From the NCBI GenBank assembly GCA_977018835.1, contig OZ361258.1:2170001-2234000 (forward strand): a stretch of DNA of 64,000 nucleotides, in the 5' to 3' direction. Shown in pieces: positions 1 through 13,565 of this stretch (positions are counted from its first letter, which is position 1; every line of letters begins with the position of its first letter). The DNA comes from Minutocellus sp. GHC0000111 (lineage: Eukaryota). Under the pieces are notes generated by a model. The model saw nothing but the letters and a program-made list of their open reading frames with translations, ran no database searches and was not told the DNA's origin. Both the position numbers and the translations under genes were made by a program.

Positions 1-1008
1 ACAGCATTGAGTCGAATCAATAGTAAACTCGACAAGACGTATGTTCTCATGCCCAAACGACTCATAAAAGCCGGACATGTCAATGAGCGTATGTCAGTAC
101 TGCAGGATAGTCGATACATATCACAGCGAGTGAGAAAGCTTGGAGCTGCATTGTCTGCCGAGTTGATGGTGGCTGATTGCGATCTTCTGTTGGAGGCCAC
201 TGCGGCGAGCCATCGCACTGACCGAAAGTCCATTCAGCTTGGTCGTCTCTCGGCCGAGAGTGCTATCGCCGCCAAGATGATTGTCATCTCTGATAGGTTC
301 AGGAGGATTGTATGTGATGGGACCTTGGATGCTCTCATCTCCTCATCGGAAAGAGGGATGGCTCTGTTTGTTTTAGGCGTGGCTCTCAATCGGCGCAATA
401 TTTTGGCAAAGTCGATGGCATATTATCGATCGGCTCTTACTTTCTTCTCTGCCGGAATTGTCCCTACATCGTCTCCCTCTGGGATGTCATATACGAACAT
501 CGCCGATGCTGCGGAAGAAGATTCTGATTCTGAAGTAATGGAAGGGTCTGTATATTATGTGGGCAACAGTTCGCGTGGAAGACTGAATGATCATGTTATG
601 ATCGCCAGAACATTGGGGCGTCTTGGTGACCTCCACGAGAAGAAGAAGCAGAACACCGAAGCAGGAGATGCATTCAAAGCTGCCGCCCGCCATTTCAAGC
701 GTGCCATCAGGATGAATTCCAAAGAAGTCGAAGCTTCCGTTGGCCAAGGAGACGCCGTTGCAGCAAGGGTTTTTAGGCGGAGAATGAAGGAGACGAAGCT
801 CGAATGGTTGTTTGTATTAGCAAGACTTAGTGGTATCCACCGTCGTACGAAGCATTTTGACGAGGCGAGAAAATGCTTCGAAGTAATCTTATCCGAAGCT
901 GAGCTCGAGAAGGGATGTGAAATCATCAGTAGCCCTTGCGATGTCCTAGGTAAACTTGCCCTCATCTCGTGCAAACAAACCCGAAAACTCCTGGCCGAAG
1001 CATCATAG
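1..1008 (+). CDS. 3' part of a TPR-like helical repeat protein (starts upstream of the window)
   Basis: Open frame from the window edge. TPR-like helices 'ARTLGRLGDLHEKKKQNTEAGDAFKAA', 'VLARLSGIHRRTKHFDEARKCFE' and 'ALFVLGVAL...SMAYYRSAL'. Confidence 0.6.
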   Translation, partial: TALSRINSKLDKTYVLMPKRLIKAGHVNERMSVLQDSRYISQRVRKLGAALSAELMVADCDLLLEATAASHRTDRKSIQLGRLSAESAIAAKMIVISDRFRRIVCDGTLDALISSSERGMALFVLGVALNRRNILAKSMAYYRSALTFFSAGIVPTSSPSGMSYTNIADAAEEDSDSEVMEGSVYYVGNSSRGRLNDHVMIARTLGRLGDLHEKKKQNTEAGDAFKAAARHFKRAIRMNSKEVEASVGQGDAVAARVFRRRMKETKLEWLFVLARLSGIHRRTKHFDEARKCFEVILSEAELEKGCEIISSPCDVLGKLALISCKQTRKLLAEAS

Positions 1009-1199
1009 GCAAAAAAAGCTTAAGGTTAGTTAGATGTCGAGCCTTTTCATTTACAATTGTGCTGCGTTCTATTCAGGTACAAAGCTAGGATTTCATGTCG
1101 AAGTTTATATGCACATGTACTCTAGACTAGCTAGAGCATGCTGGCTAATATCAATACTAAAAGAAATATGGTTATTATCGCTGCTTACCGGCCAAGAGC

Positions 1200-4100
1200 T
1201 CACATCATCAAGGTAAGATTCGTAACGAAAGACTGCTGACTGGGCCGGTACTTGATTAATGGAGCATTGGTCTCGTCAGTAAACAGTTCAACGATCTTAT
1301 CCTGCGAATCTTCATCCATGTACTGCAAAATGAAGGAAATGCAATCATACGGATCACCCGAACCAAAGTCCTGACGGTATACATCGCAAATCTTGGGCAA
1401 GACGATGGTACGTCTGTTCACGTAAATCTTGACCTGGCGAGAGAGAAAAGCCGAAGTTGCTGCATTGAGCTGTTCCTCCATTACCTCTGGAGTGAAAACC
1501 GGCACTGTCGATCCGCCGGAGAAATCGCCCTGGTGAACAACAAAATTGATCCGAGGGTCGGTGGCTCCGAGAGAATAATGGCGGTAGGCACTCTGCGACG
1601 CTTTTGGAGCCTCAACGTATGGAGATCTCGCGTTGCTTGGTTTGCTCGTCCTTCCCCGCAGTAGGCAACACTCGAGCTCGGCAAGCGAAAAGATATCATT
1701 GCCAATTTCGTAGCATGAAGCTCTCTTGAAAGTTCCAATTGTCTTTTTACTTGGCGGACCGTCGATTGAAAGAAGAAGGGAGTGCTGCAGCAAGCAATGA
1801 TAAAGATTGAGGACCAAGCAGAATGCAGCATCACTTGACAAGTCGATATCACGAAGATTGATGCTTCTCAACCGGCTGGTGGCATCCAGGAAGTCAATGA
1901 AATCCCTTGGTTGATTCTCAAGCATCTCGACGGTGAATGAACAAGCCTTGAGTAGAAGACTTTCGACGAATTCCTCTTCTTTCTCAATCAATCCTCCGCC
2001 TACTTCAACACTATTTTCGGTCGCTGTGACTCTGGTTTCAGCATTGAATGGAGCACAGTCAAAACCCATGCGTCGGCCATTTAATATGATCCGTTGCTGC
2101 TTGCGCTTCGAGGATGTTATGGGGGCCCACTTGCCCCGTCCACTGGCCGCAATTGATTGGGAGGAAACATTTTGCCACAAATGAGCTCGGTAAGCGTCGT
2201 CCTCGAGCCTGGCTTCATTGCTCGAAGAAAAGAGCGCAGCCTTTAGTTGATCGGAGAATGAGCTCCTCGTAGCATCGTCCAGGAAGCCTATGTAAGAAAC
2301 ACGCCAGGCAGTCTCAATGGCCAACAGGGATACTCCAGGTAATGGATGCAACGGATTAGTCGGATCCACTGCGCGTATGCCTTGAACGTCGGTGAGAGGG
2401 AGGGAGAGGATTGGTTTTTTCGAGAAAGGCGCATAAAATTCGATACGAGAAGCATACAATGCGCACCACTCTTCGCGCCAATGACTGTCCCAGAGGCTCC
2501 GCGCGACGACTGACTCGGCTATGAGAGACTCATCGCTCATTTTAGGGACAATGCCAAGTTCCACGGCCCCTCCTTGTAGGAACCACGAGTCAAGGTCCGA
2601 TGATGCCTCCGCCTGCGTCGCAACAAGATGCGTCATTTCGGGATTCTTTCCTGATTTTGCCAAGGCAGAAATTTCTCCGAGGACTTGCGATACTGTGCGG
2701 CAGCTCGCGTCTGGGGCACACAATCGCCCAGCGGTGAACGTAGAGGGCCCGGTGTTTTCCTTCGAGAGAGACGACGAAAGGTTTCGCGCGACGGCTTTGT
2801 TGACAGCAACGTGATGGTCTTTCACCGTTCCCCTCCTCGGTCGGCTTGTTATCTTCCTTGGTTCTCTTCGGGGAGGCTTGTGAAGTGAAGTTGGCGCTGG
2901 AACGCTCGTGATTGCTCGTCCTGCCGCTCTCCCTGCAAAAACAGTGCCCTTCCCGACTTTTTTGCCCTGCTTATACACTTGCTTCCCCGTGATGGCCGTT
3001 CCACTTTTCATTGTTTTGGCAACCTTTGCTGCCGAGCCTTTCACAGCCCATTTCTTCTTCTTTTTGCGGCCTTTTGCACTCAAGGGCGGCAACCCTAGGT
3101 CATCAACATAATCATACTCCGCTTCGGCATCATCCTCTTCTTTCTCAGAATCACTGTCAACGAGATCGCCGGCCTCCTCGCTGCCGTTGTCACTATCGAC
3201 ATCCTCGCTCTGCGCGTTCTGAAGTTGTCCATACTGAAAAGTATCAGATATGCCGTCGAGCGACGAAGTGCGTCGGATCGTGGAATCGCCCATATCATCA
3301 GGGGCGGTTTCGTTTTCAAAGTGGAATGAAGCTGGGCTGGCTGGGATAGCTGGGATGGAGTCTTCGGATATCATCGTCGGGTCACTGAGTCGTAAATCTA
3401 CCGGCGACCTGTCGCTCACTCTTCCCACCGTTGATGCAGAGTGGGTTCTACCAGTAGTGCCTTCGCCAATCGAAGAGGAAAGATTCAATTGAAGCTCATC
3501 CCGCTCAGGCATGGAATGCCGCCTTGGAGAGGGATCTGCGAAGGAATCGTCGAAATCTTCGCCGAACAAGGCGGCCTGGTCGGTGTCATTCCTCAATTTG
3601 AGGCCAACTTGAAGGACCTTTGCAAGATCATTGCCCGTTCTAAGACGGAAAGAACATCCTTCTTTGCTCTCGGCTATTCCCTGACCAGACATACTGGTAG
3701 AAACTCGCACCACATACGCTCGCTGCCTTCGACGTTGCGTTCGATGGGTCATTTCGATCCATGCGGGGGCATCAAGGCTGTAGGAAGACACTGGAGACTG
3801 GATTGTTGAGGTACTTTGACCACTATGATTGCCATCGGTGTCTGCAAAGAGAGCATCAAGTGCTTCGGCGCGGAAATGCAGGGGACGAACCCAATTCTTC
3901 TTGTTCCCTTTCGATCCAGGGTCATCGGTGAGAGGATTAGTTGGTTGTTCATCCAGCAACCCTTCCAAATCCTTGGCATCTTCGCCGCCGACGGCTGTTG
4001 AAGCAGCCCCCTTATTCTTGTAGAGACACAGGATTCGGCCTCCAAATTTGACGGAGCTATCAATCGATGCTCCAACTTGAAAGCGCGACCAACGCTTATG

Positions 4101-7100
4101 ATGCAGCGAAAAAGACTGGCCAAGCTGAATATAGGCCGTTTGCGCATCCATGCTGTTTGGGTTGTCATCGGACTTGATCTTGAAGAAACCATTGTGTTTC
4201 GGGAGCCGGTTCATCCACTTCAGATACCACCCACGGTGAATCGAAAGGTATTTCAGCTCCTCAACTTCGCCCTTTCCTCGAACAACCAATCTCAAGGAAA
4301 CAACATCCCCATTCTTGATGAATTTCGAGCGTTTACCAGAACCAATGCCCTGCGCGCTAGAGTCGGCCTTCTCAATAATGATCATGGAAGCCTGCGGCTG
4401 ATGCTGAATGATGGCAAAACCTGCGCCGTTGGCAACACAAGATACGGTAGCACAAGGGATAGCTTCTTGCAGGACAACCGGGTCTCCAGATCGTAGGTAG
4501 ACTCCTCCCGCGAGCTCATCGAGCGTCGCGATATCGTCGTCGTCGTCTTCGTCGTCATAATCATCATCTTCCACTACTGCTAGTTCGATACCCTCATCAT
4601 TGTCTGCGCCTGCTTCCTCATCCCCTCCCCCATCGGCATCCGCCCCAGCGTCTGCACCGAACGATTCATTGGATAGAAAAGATTCTGCGGTCGTCGCCCT
4701 TGTCGCGAGAGTGGGTGGTCGCGGGGTTGACTCGATAAGCGTTGTAGATTGGCGAGCCTTGAGAGCATATGGGCCAAGAGGCATCTTCTCGCCGTGAGAA
4801 ATCTCGATATGCGACACTCGTATCTTGTCACACTCAAAGTGGAATTTGGGTTCTACGCCAGGCGTAGTGTTCTTGAGGATGTACAGTAGTAGATTCACAG
4901 GCTGAACTCCGCCCACGGATGTGAGAGAAAACGGTTTAATTCCGGGGAAGTTCTGGCATCTCCAGGCACTAAAGTCAACGTACGCCGACCTGTGGCAGTA
5001 GCATGGGCGTGATGTGGGAAAATGAATAAGATGAACGCAGTGAGTAACGTACCTAGGCAAATGGCAAGCTCCCTCTACATTGCGAGCGCCCACAAAAACG
5101 AAATAATAAAATCGCCACATCTCGACTTACCACAAACCCATGGTGTATACATCGTCTGTGTTCCAGTTGATCTTGCCTCCACGTTTGCGGTATCGAAGCG
5201 ATTCAGAATCCTCTTGGATGGCCTCACCCAGCTTAGGCAATGGATCTCCAGGCTTTGTCGCTACAAGCGCGTCCATGCTCGCGTCAACCGTAAAGGCGAT
5301 GTGAGTCTTTTCATAATTGCCAGCCTTGATATCTTCTGGACTGACTCCATCCTGGCCCGTAAGGCATGAATGAAATCCCGAGTTCATCTTGCGGACAAAG
5401 TTCAGGCAGGCTCCCACAAATGCGCGCTGTACCATTCCCATCTTAATAGGTTCATCAACCTCACAGGCAAGGAAGAGTGGCCCGGATGGGATCTTCTTGA
5501 ATTTGATCTGGAACTGGAACTCGAACCTTCGCTGCTTCGGTCTCAGATAATCGGAGACAGCCTGTTGTGTCGGACCGAACGAAGCTTTCTGGGGAGATGA
5601 ATCTGGGTCGGTATCAGCATCTGATGTTCGAATCATCGCAAGGAGCTTGCCATGAAACAAATCATTATCAAGAACGACGGCCTCAAAGTTGGGTACGATT
5701 CGTCTGGAGCTGGCACAGTCCACTAGATGGAGTGCCTCCAGCTCAGGGTGGGGCATTTCGGCGCGAGAAGCGAGTTCGCCGGCATGACGTTGGCTTACTT
5801 CTGCTTCTGTCAGTACCGACCTTCGAGTCGGGCTCGGGGAAGTCTCTGCGTATTCTTCGTAACTGCTGTTGTTGAGGAGGGGCGTCATCTCGTTGGGACG
5901 AGCGCTATCCGAAAGATCATTTCTCAAATTGGTATCAGTTGATGAGGGGATCGGAGGTCGACTATGACGCCCCTCCGACGGCTTCATTAGGACATAAGTT
6001 TCCGTGCCAGGCATAGGTTCCATCCCAACACTAGACCTAATGATAGTAGCTCCTACTTGCATTCTTTCTCGTTGTCCGCGGAAAAAGGCCAGGGCCAGAA
6101 TGACTGCACATGTTACCCACGCCGCCCCTCCCAGTTCCACAGCCTTGGATACAAATGGCGCAAGATCCGGCCGAGCAACTCCGAGCATATATGCCCCAAG
6201 GACGACTAGGACATAGCGGAGCGCCGATTCGATTGTTCGGACAGTGGCCGTGGTATCGTCTACACTGCTAGTCGTACCGTCAAGCCCATTGCGTCTCTGG
6301 GTCAGTGACGCATCTCTGTCAGTACTCGAATGCCGGTTGGCACTGGATCCGTTCATTGGGATACCACCCTTGCCATTGAAAGATCGCCCTCCCTTCCGAC
6401 CTCTCCTACCCCCCGTTGCGGTCCGAGGACGGCGTGCCGCCGCACGACCTCCTATAGTATTCACGCCTCCCTCCTCATCCAGTTCATCGTCGTCATTATC
6501 GTCATCGCCAGCATCATCTGCAGCGGCGGCGTCGGTAGTAGATCGGCGCCTCTTGCCGCCGCCGGCACCACCTCGAGTGAAGAGCCGCCCGGTCTTGCGA
6601 AGGCCCTGCCGGATACCAACCCCAGCATTGGTGGCGATCCTTGCGGTACGGTATCGGTTCGTCCGTCGCTGGGCGGTGGTTGGAGTGGTAGGTCTGGACC
6701 GAGGAGATGGTGGCTGAGGCTGGGGCTGAGATTGCCCATTGCCCATTGTCGGCGTCGGCGGTGACACATGCCGCTGTTGCACATGCATATCTTCCCCACT
6801 GGCACGCCTCGCCGAAGCGACTCCCGACCTCACTGCTACATCTACTCGCACCTGGTCCAGCGGCGGTGGTGGCCCATCGCTGTTGTCGAAGAAGCGTCGA
6901 TCGGGACTGGCCGAAGGCGAGATGCTGCTCAGACTGGCGCCGTCCATACTGGGCTTAGTAGCCGCCATGCCAGCGTTGACATGGAAGGCATCGCTGCCTT
7001 CTCCTTCACCATTATCGTTGCCGTACTCCACGCTGTCAGTTCCGGTAGTATCAACGTTGGCATTGCCATCATCATCACCGCAATCAAAATCATCATTACC

Positions 7101-7394
7101 ATCGTCGTCTCTATTCGTACCGATGGAATACAAATCGTCCTCATCATTCACCCCATCAACCGGCAATGCCTCCCCATCGGATGCTGTATCCAGGAGGAGC
7201 AATCCCTCCTCGGCCATTTTGAGAATTCTGCCCACCGATAGGTCGTCTTCCAAGTCGTCTTTCAATTCGACGTCCAGGTCTTCTTTGTCGTCAAGGTTCA
7301 AGTCTACTGGTATGCCGATATCGTCGAATGCTGCTGATGATGATTCAAACGCCTCGGCTTTCTCATGTGTGTTTTCGTATTTACCGATGGGCAT
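1200..7394 (-). CDS. Large two-exon multidomain protein: N-terminal disorder, 2 TM, DUF1769-like, PH-like and C-terminal DUF547-like domains; intron 4990-5130
   Basis: GTAAGT donor at 5130 and CAG acceptor at 4990 join 'YTMGLW' to 'SAYVDFSAW' in frame. DUF1769-like 'RRFEFQFQIKFKKIP'; PH-like 'HWREEWCALYASRIEFY'; DUF547-like 'LNLYHCLLQH...CYEIGNDIFSLAELE...DPRINFV'. Confidence 0.8.
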
Positions 7395-8179
7395 GCAAGA
7401 CCTTAATGCACCAAAGCGAGCAGAACCTGCCCGCTACTAGGCCAGCCCACTGGCCCAGCCAACTGAAGTTGACGCTGTCGGTACTCGTGCAGCGCGGAGC
7501 GGAGGCAGAGGTTCGGGAAGCACAGACAGATACGAGTCTCTCTCTACCGGTATCTCTTTCTCTCTCACGCCGGTTTCACCAAGAAAGAGCACAAACAAAT
7601 GCACAATGACGGGATAAGAAAGCCGGGCGAAATCAAATATATGAATCTCTGCCTATGGTATGCTGCGGCGCAGGTTGCAAGTCGCAAAGACGAGGACAAC
7701 AGCACAACCGTGGCCGCCCGGCGTCGTGTGGGTTGGGCTGATGCAAGATGTGCCACAATTGACCCGGCCTGCAGACTGACCAGTCCAGCAATGATAACAG
7801 GATATCACACTCCAATAAATAGCAGAGATGCAATCGCCACGAGGGGGGACCTGCCTTCGGCTTGGCAAGCACGAAAGCGAAGGCAGGAGTACTAGTAGAG
7901 TGGAGCGTGGAGCTTGCATCTGCTGATCTGTTGCTCAGGCGGGCCAGTTGCAGGTATTCCCCCTCGTCAGAAAGGGTATTGCCCTATTTTTGAGTAAGCA
8001 ATTTCTAAATTACTAACGAAAACGCACATCACATTCTACATTATTAGGGGATACCCAAAAGGTCGCAACCCCACCACAAAATGCCGAATCTCGTCATGAA
8101 GCAAAAGAGTGAAAATCAACACCCAAAATCAAACTACTGGACTCTATCTAATGGATCTAGTTAGATCTATCTACTGATC

Positions 8180-9775
8180 TCACCAAGGCAAGAAAGCTTT
8201 CAGATCATCGTCGTCTGGTATTTCGCGATAAGGCAGATCAAATCTACTGTTGCTGTGCTTTCGCGGTTTGACCCATATGGGCTTCTCCTCGGTTATTAAA
8301 TTCCCAAGATAGTCCGACCAAAGTTCGTCAAGCCGACTCCGTGCCTCCGCAACCTTTGCGTCCCAACTCCTCTCATCAACCGCTCCATCTGAAACCGGCA
8401 TGGAAATGTCGATGCACCGAAACGCCCGCTGAACATTTCGCATCTCCCAACCCCACGAGTCCAACCGATGCACCTCGCTTTGAATGCCGATGCCGGCTCC
8501 AATATGAACGAACTCGCGGCTGTACATTGAGACGATCTGAGGCTGTTGCCCCGGGTTGCTGTTGTTGTTGTTGTTACCATCATTCTGTTGTTCCTTGTGG
8601 AGGCACCAGCACCACGAAGTAGCAAGATCGTCGTCACTAGCAGCACCAGACTTCCTTATCGGCCCGGCACTGTGGCCCTTGTCTTTCGGCTCGTTCTTGG
8701 GAAAATGGTCGGAGTCTGCACCATGATGATGCAGCCTGACGAATTGGACCATCTCGACCGAACGTCGCAGTCCCGACATACGGACGTCTCTCATGTACTC
8801 GGGACGGTTATAGTTGTATCGTTCAAAAAAGTTTCGTACGTCCCAAATGATGGACGGGTCGGTCAGTTCCTCGACGGTGATGTCATTTCTCCTGGCATCC
8901 TCCTCCTGCCACATGTATCGATCGTACCACCAGGTGCCCATTGTACTAGTAGCATTCGAGTGTTGATGATTGTTACGAAATTCCTTCTCCTCTGCAAGAG
9001 CCACCCTCCATCTCTTTTCGTATCCCCACTTGGTCTGCCACCGACGCTGGCACAGCTGCTTCCACACTTCATTTCTCTTCTTAACGACATCCAAGACTGG
9101 CAATGCCATCACCACATCCTCTACAACTTGCACGCTTGTCGCTACATATGCCAAAATGGTAGTCAGCGCATCCTCGTCGATGGAATGGAGCAGACCGGTG
9201 GCCAACCCTCCGTCGAGGAAGAATTGACGTGCAGATGCAATGGCCGTAAGTACACAGGGATTGCTGGCGTCGAGGTCGGGACGAATATCAGTCAGTATGG
9301 CGGTGAGGCATGCCTCCTCTTGGATAGGGTGGAGCGCAGGCGAGGAGAAGGAGAATATGGGAGCGACCGAGGGATAGGACTGTGGATACGTCACGACGAG
9401 GGCAAAGCTGCGATCTGTCGGCCACAGAAGCTGCTGGTGGTCATGGTCGTTATTGCCATCATCACTGTTATCATCGGCATCAGCAGGTTGCAGACGGACC
9501 GAATAGCTGATGGGGTGGGCGAAATCATCGGGCGAAAGGAGGGTCAAGTCGGCACATGCCGTGGATGATTCGCCCTCATTCTTGTTCGTGTTTGTGGCCT
9601 CCTCCACAGTAATGTCAGCGCTTGTGCCGGTAGCAGCGAGACCGCTGAGGAGGCGAAATTCGTCCGGAAAAATGAGACTGATGCTCAGACATTCGTCGTA
9701 CTGGGCCTGAAGGCAGTCTTCGTCGGGTCGAGCCGGTGCCGCTACTGCTTCTGGTGCCGCTGCTGGCGACGCCAT
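8180..9775 (-). CDS. RWD-domain protein with an F-box-like segment
   Basis: RWD-like 'QYDECLSISLIFPDEF...LVVTYPQSYPSVAP' (YPxxxP motif). F-box-like 'IDEDALTTILAYV...NEVWKQLCQRRW'. Confidence 0.65.
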   Translation of the reverse strand: MASPAAAPEAVAAPARPDEDCLQAQYDECLSISLIFPDEFRLLSGLAATGTSADITVEEATNTNKNEGESSTACADLTLLSPDDFAHPISYSVRLQPADADDNSDDGNNDHDHQQLLWPTDRSFALVVTYPQSYPSVAPIFSFSSPALHPIQEEACLTAILTDIRPDLDASNPCVLTAIASARQFFLDGGLATGLLHSIDEDALTTILAYVATSVQVVEDVVMALPVLDVVKKRNEVWKQLCQRRWQTKWGYEKRWRVALAEEKEFRNNHQHSNATSTMGTWWYDRYMWQEEDARRNDITVEELTDPSIIWDVRNFFERYNYNRPEYMRDVRMSGLRRSVEMVQFVRLHHHGADSDHFPKNEPKDKGHSAGPIRKSGAASDDDLATSWCWCLHKEQQNDGNNNNNSNPGQQPQIVSMYSREFVHIGAGIGIQSEVHRLDSWGWEMRNVQRAFRCIDISMPVSDGAVDERSWDAKVAEARSRLDELWSDYLGNLITEEKPIWVKPRKHSNSRFDLPYREIPDDDDLKAFLPW

Positions 9776-10275
9776 GTGGTTGATGGTAAAAATGAGGCAA
9801 GATTGCCGCCGGGCGCCAGGCGCCTGAAAACCTACGTAATACGTACGTACGTTGAGAAGCCAAAGGTGAAACGGGGAAATAGGCTATCGGACTAGTAATT
9901 CACCGCAATAGATAGGTGAAAGGGGGTACTTTCGGGAAGATAATGTGCTAATGGGAATAAATCGGGGAAAAGGCCCCCGAGGCATTTCCTTGATGATGCG
10001 ATGAGCACGATGACGTTGCGGCTGACCACAGCACCATCTGCCAGCCGGATGACTCGCATACTTTTGGTCGCACTTTCGGTGGCCGGCCGGCGCGCGAAGC
10101 AACCGACCGGCGCGCCCAACGCGAGCCACCATGGCGGCAAAAATTCAAATTGCCGCCGCTGTGTGCAGAACGAAGGCGACATCTCGCGCTGGTGTGGGAG
10201 AATTACGGCACGAGACCAACCAGGTACTCCCGACATCCTGGTGATATTCCCGTTGGTCTCGATCCATAATTCTCC

Positions 10276-11904
10276 ATGAGCAAAAAAAATGACGGCCGCA
10301 ATCCCGCGGTCAACACCGCAGACAGAGTTGCGGTGCAGGACGCCCTGGCTGAACTACTCGTCCGTCTTCGCAGAAAGGAACTTCATTACTACAATTTCAT
10401 CGGCAACAACAACGACTCCTTGATGAATGTGTTGGGATGCAGTCCCATCATGTACGGCGCCGTCATGTACACTGCGGGCATCTTGGGTTTGAAGAAGAAG
10501 AAACACGAAGACTGCGATGTGTTTTTTGTGAGGACAGACAACCAGAATGGATGGGATGAAATGGTGTCAAGACACTGCCTTGCCGACGACGTTCAGCGAA
10601 CCCCATACAAAAAGAGCATATTTGTTTGCCTCGGTTCTATCAATCCTCGTGCAGCCGACGCTCTCCATGATGATGGATGGATGGCTTTCGACATGGTCAC
10701 GGTCGAGCAACAACTTCGCCTCGAAATGCCGCCGCCGCGGCTCAATTTGACGAAGGCATGTAATGCATTCCTCAAGTCGGTCGCACCACACATATCGGTG
10801 GGATATGCGGCGATGGACTACGAAATCAACAGGCAGATGTTGCTCGAGGCCCAGAAGTTCCCTGGTGGGCACAATGGCCAGGACGATGGGTGGGACAATG
10901 ACGACGACGTTGGGACGGTGGGCACCCTGACCACGACGGAGGCCGGCGAGATCAGTGAGGACGATGACGACGAAGACGAGGACTATGTGCCCTGTTATGA
11001 GGACGAAGATGATGTTGCAAGAGAGGACGCTGCACATGAAGCATGCATGCAGCAGTGCTTTGAGAAGAATCGTCAGAAGCACGGTGATGGCGAGCCAGAG
11101 ATGGGAGCTGTCGATGATGCCGAGGATGACGATGCCCCTCACTTCCATTTCCTGAAAAAGGCCGGCATTGAGGCGGCCGACTCAGGTAAAATAAGGGCAG
11201 TGCTGGCAGAATGCTGGAGAGCTTTATCCATTAATATTTCTGATGGCAACAACAAGAAGAAACCAAGGACAATAGAGTTCATCCACCATAACACCTCCAC
11301 CAAAGGAACTCTCCTAGAGCACAATCGCGAGGAAGATGGCATGACGGATGACGACATCAAAGAGCTCTGCAAAGCTTGCTCTAATTTGCTCCACACTCTT
11401 GACGCAATACATTCCAGGTTTCTGAAATGGCACATGAAATGGGATGATGAGGCAAAGAAGGCTGTGAGAGAGCTTGAAGCATTGATTGCAAGTGCCCTCA
11501 AGCAAGCATGGGCAATCGGTGTTAGCATGACGCCCAAGTGGCACTTACTCGAAGATCACATCTTGGACCAACACATTTGGCTAGTGAAGAATGGATGGGG
11601 CGGCATCTATTGGCTCGACGAATCGTTTGTAGAGCGAGCCCACCAAGAGGGCGTTAAGGAAGATCGTCGGACTCAGGGCGTCAAGGGATGTGAGGCCCAA
11701 CAGACGGCGCAGTTCAAGGCTGAGGAGAGGGCATCCAATCCAAAGGTCGAGGAGAGGCGGGAGCGAAACTCTCGGGTGGCAAGAACAAGGAAAAGGACAA
11801 GGACCGAAGCTGTTAAAGCAGAAACTGATGACAAGCGCCAACAAATGATCATGATGGCCACCGATGGAGATGAGGATGTAGAGATGGGAGCAGGGCATGT
11901 ATAA
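10276..11904 (+). mobile_element. Internally deleted RAG1/Transib/Chapaev-like transposase-derived ORF (542 aa)
   Basis: C-terminal 'MTPKWHLLEDHILDQ...GGIYWLDESFVERAHQ' resembles the HxLxxH...G...E..E..H/N block carrying the catalytic Glu of this family. The central catalytic Asp region is not recognisable and no TIRs were found. Confidence 0.5.
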
Positions 11905-12737
11905 AATTAGAAAATGAAATTACACTGCTGCTGCACAACAGCAAATGAATTGCACAATCCAACTTTTACAAACAGCATCGCGATTGAGCAAAAAAGTAAA
12001 TAGTACACCCAAACAAACACATCACGTCCTTCTTAACTCACCCATTTATCTCCCAGACCAAAAAGTCCCTTTGTCGGGTTGATTGTTGCATAAACTTATC
12101 CCAATACTATCTGTCTCTCCTCGGGCGCAAAATTGTTGTCGGAATTCCGGGAGGTCGAGTGGGGATGCGATCGGTCGGGATCAGCGAGAGTCGGTCATAC
12201 GGGGGGTGCGGCGCAATCCCGGCAGTTTATCATCAACAACAACGTGGGAAAGTACCAGAGGGTCTGGGGCATCACAACGGGAGCACGACGAGCACAAAGA
12301 CGGAGCAATGGTACCACTCCCCAGAGAAACGAACGAACGGCCGACAGACGGAGGAAAAGTAGGCCGATGGTTCGTGGCGTTGATACGCAGCGGAGGCCAA
12401 TCTGAGGATACAGTAAGCTTCAACTATATCCAAACATGATAATGAATGCGTATTTGGTACGAAAATATAGTTATACGCCGGCGCAACGCCGACGGACCAC
12501 CATGGTGTTGGACGGTCAAAGAATGGGTGACGAACGAGATTGGGTTTTGGTGGGTTTCTTCGTGACGTGTTCGTCTTCTGCCGAAAAACGCTTCATCCGA
12601 CCGGCGAAACAAGACGAGATGGGGCTGTGTGACAGCTCAGTACAGGAGCCACCAGATAGATATCATATTGGCCGAGCCCACAAATAGATAAGCAGTAGCC
12701 CACCGACAACAATACAAGCGGCATATATATAGAAAAA

Positions 12738-13565
12738 ATGAGAAGCATTTGTGCCGCCCTTGTCCTCGCTTGTGCTGTCCACAGCGGCGCCGCGTTTACG
12801 ACCACCGGAACCACCGGAACTGCGCGTACTGCTCAGGCATCGTCGGCGCTGAGCGCCACAAACGCCCATGGTGAGGGATTGGACCGCCGCAGCTTGTTCG
12901 GTAAGGTTGCGGCGGCCGCCGCTGTCAGTGCGGGTGTTGGCTTCCCCGTTCCTGCCTTCGCCGCTGGGGGTCCGCCGACCGAGGCCGAGATTCAACGAAT
13001 CAAGACCGGGTGAGTTCATGTCATGTAGAAATATGTCATGGTTTGTTTGCTCATGACATAGTGATGTGTGCATGCGATGCAATTGGGAAATCTTTTACTC
13101 ATATATCTGTATTCTCCCAAATGTCCAAAATTGGTGCTCGAATTTCGCATTAGATACGAGGGAATTGTCTACTTGCTCAATAACTTTGAGCAGGAAACGA
13201 CTGTCTGTAGAGAAAACGGGGGGGAGTGCAAGAGGGATGCTGATGCCGTGCGCAAATATCTCGGACTCCGATCGACCACCGACCCGCTGTTCCAGATCGA
13301 GAAAGTGTTTACCAAAGTGAAATATATGGACATTGACCCCGATAACCTCGAGGCATTCTTTGAGGCGACCGAGGATTACAACACTGCCATGAACATGAGC
13401 AACAGTATGGCGTTCATTAGTCAGTTTGGCGAATACAACCCTGGTGGAGGCAAGGATGAGGTTCTCAAGTACCTGAACGAGGCGCAAAGACAGGTGGTGT
13501 TGGCAGAAAAGGCTCTCAGGACAATCCTCAATTGCATCGAGCCCCCGGCAGCTTCGAGCGAGTAA
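12738..13565 (+). CDS. Plastid thylakoid-lumen protein (signal peptide + AAF transit + twin-Arg TAT signal); intron 13010-13153
   Basis: 'MRSICAALVLACAVHSGAAF', then 'LDRRSLFG...VPAFA'. A GT-AG intron joins 'IKTG' to 'YEGIVYLL' in frame. Confidence 0.8.

Noticed and set aside
9850..12450. TIRs for the RAG-like ORF (gttgagaagc / gcttcaac; ttcacc...ggtgaa)
   Set aside because: Matches are too short or imperfect and no TSD is evident.
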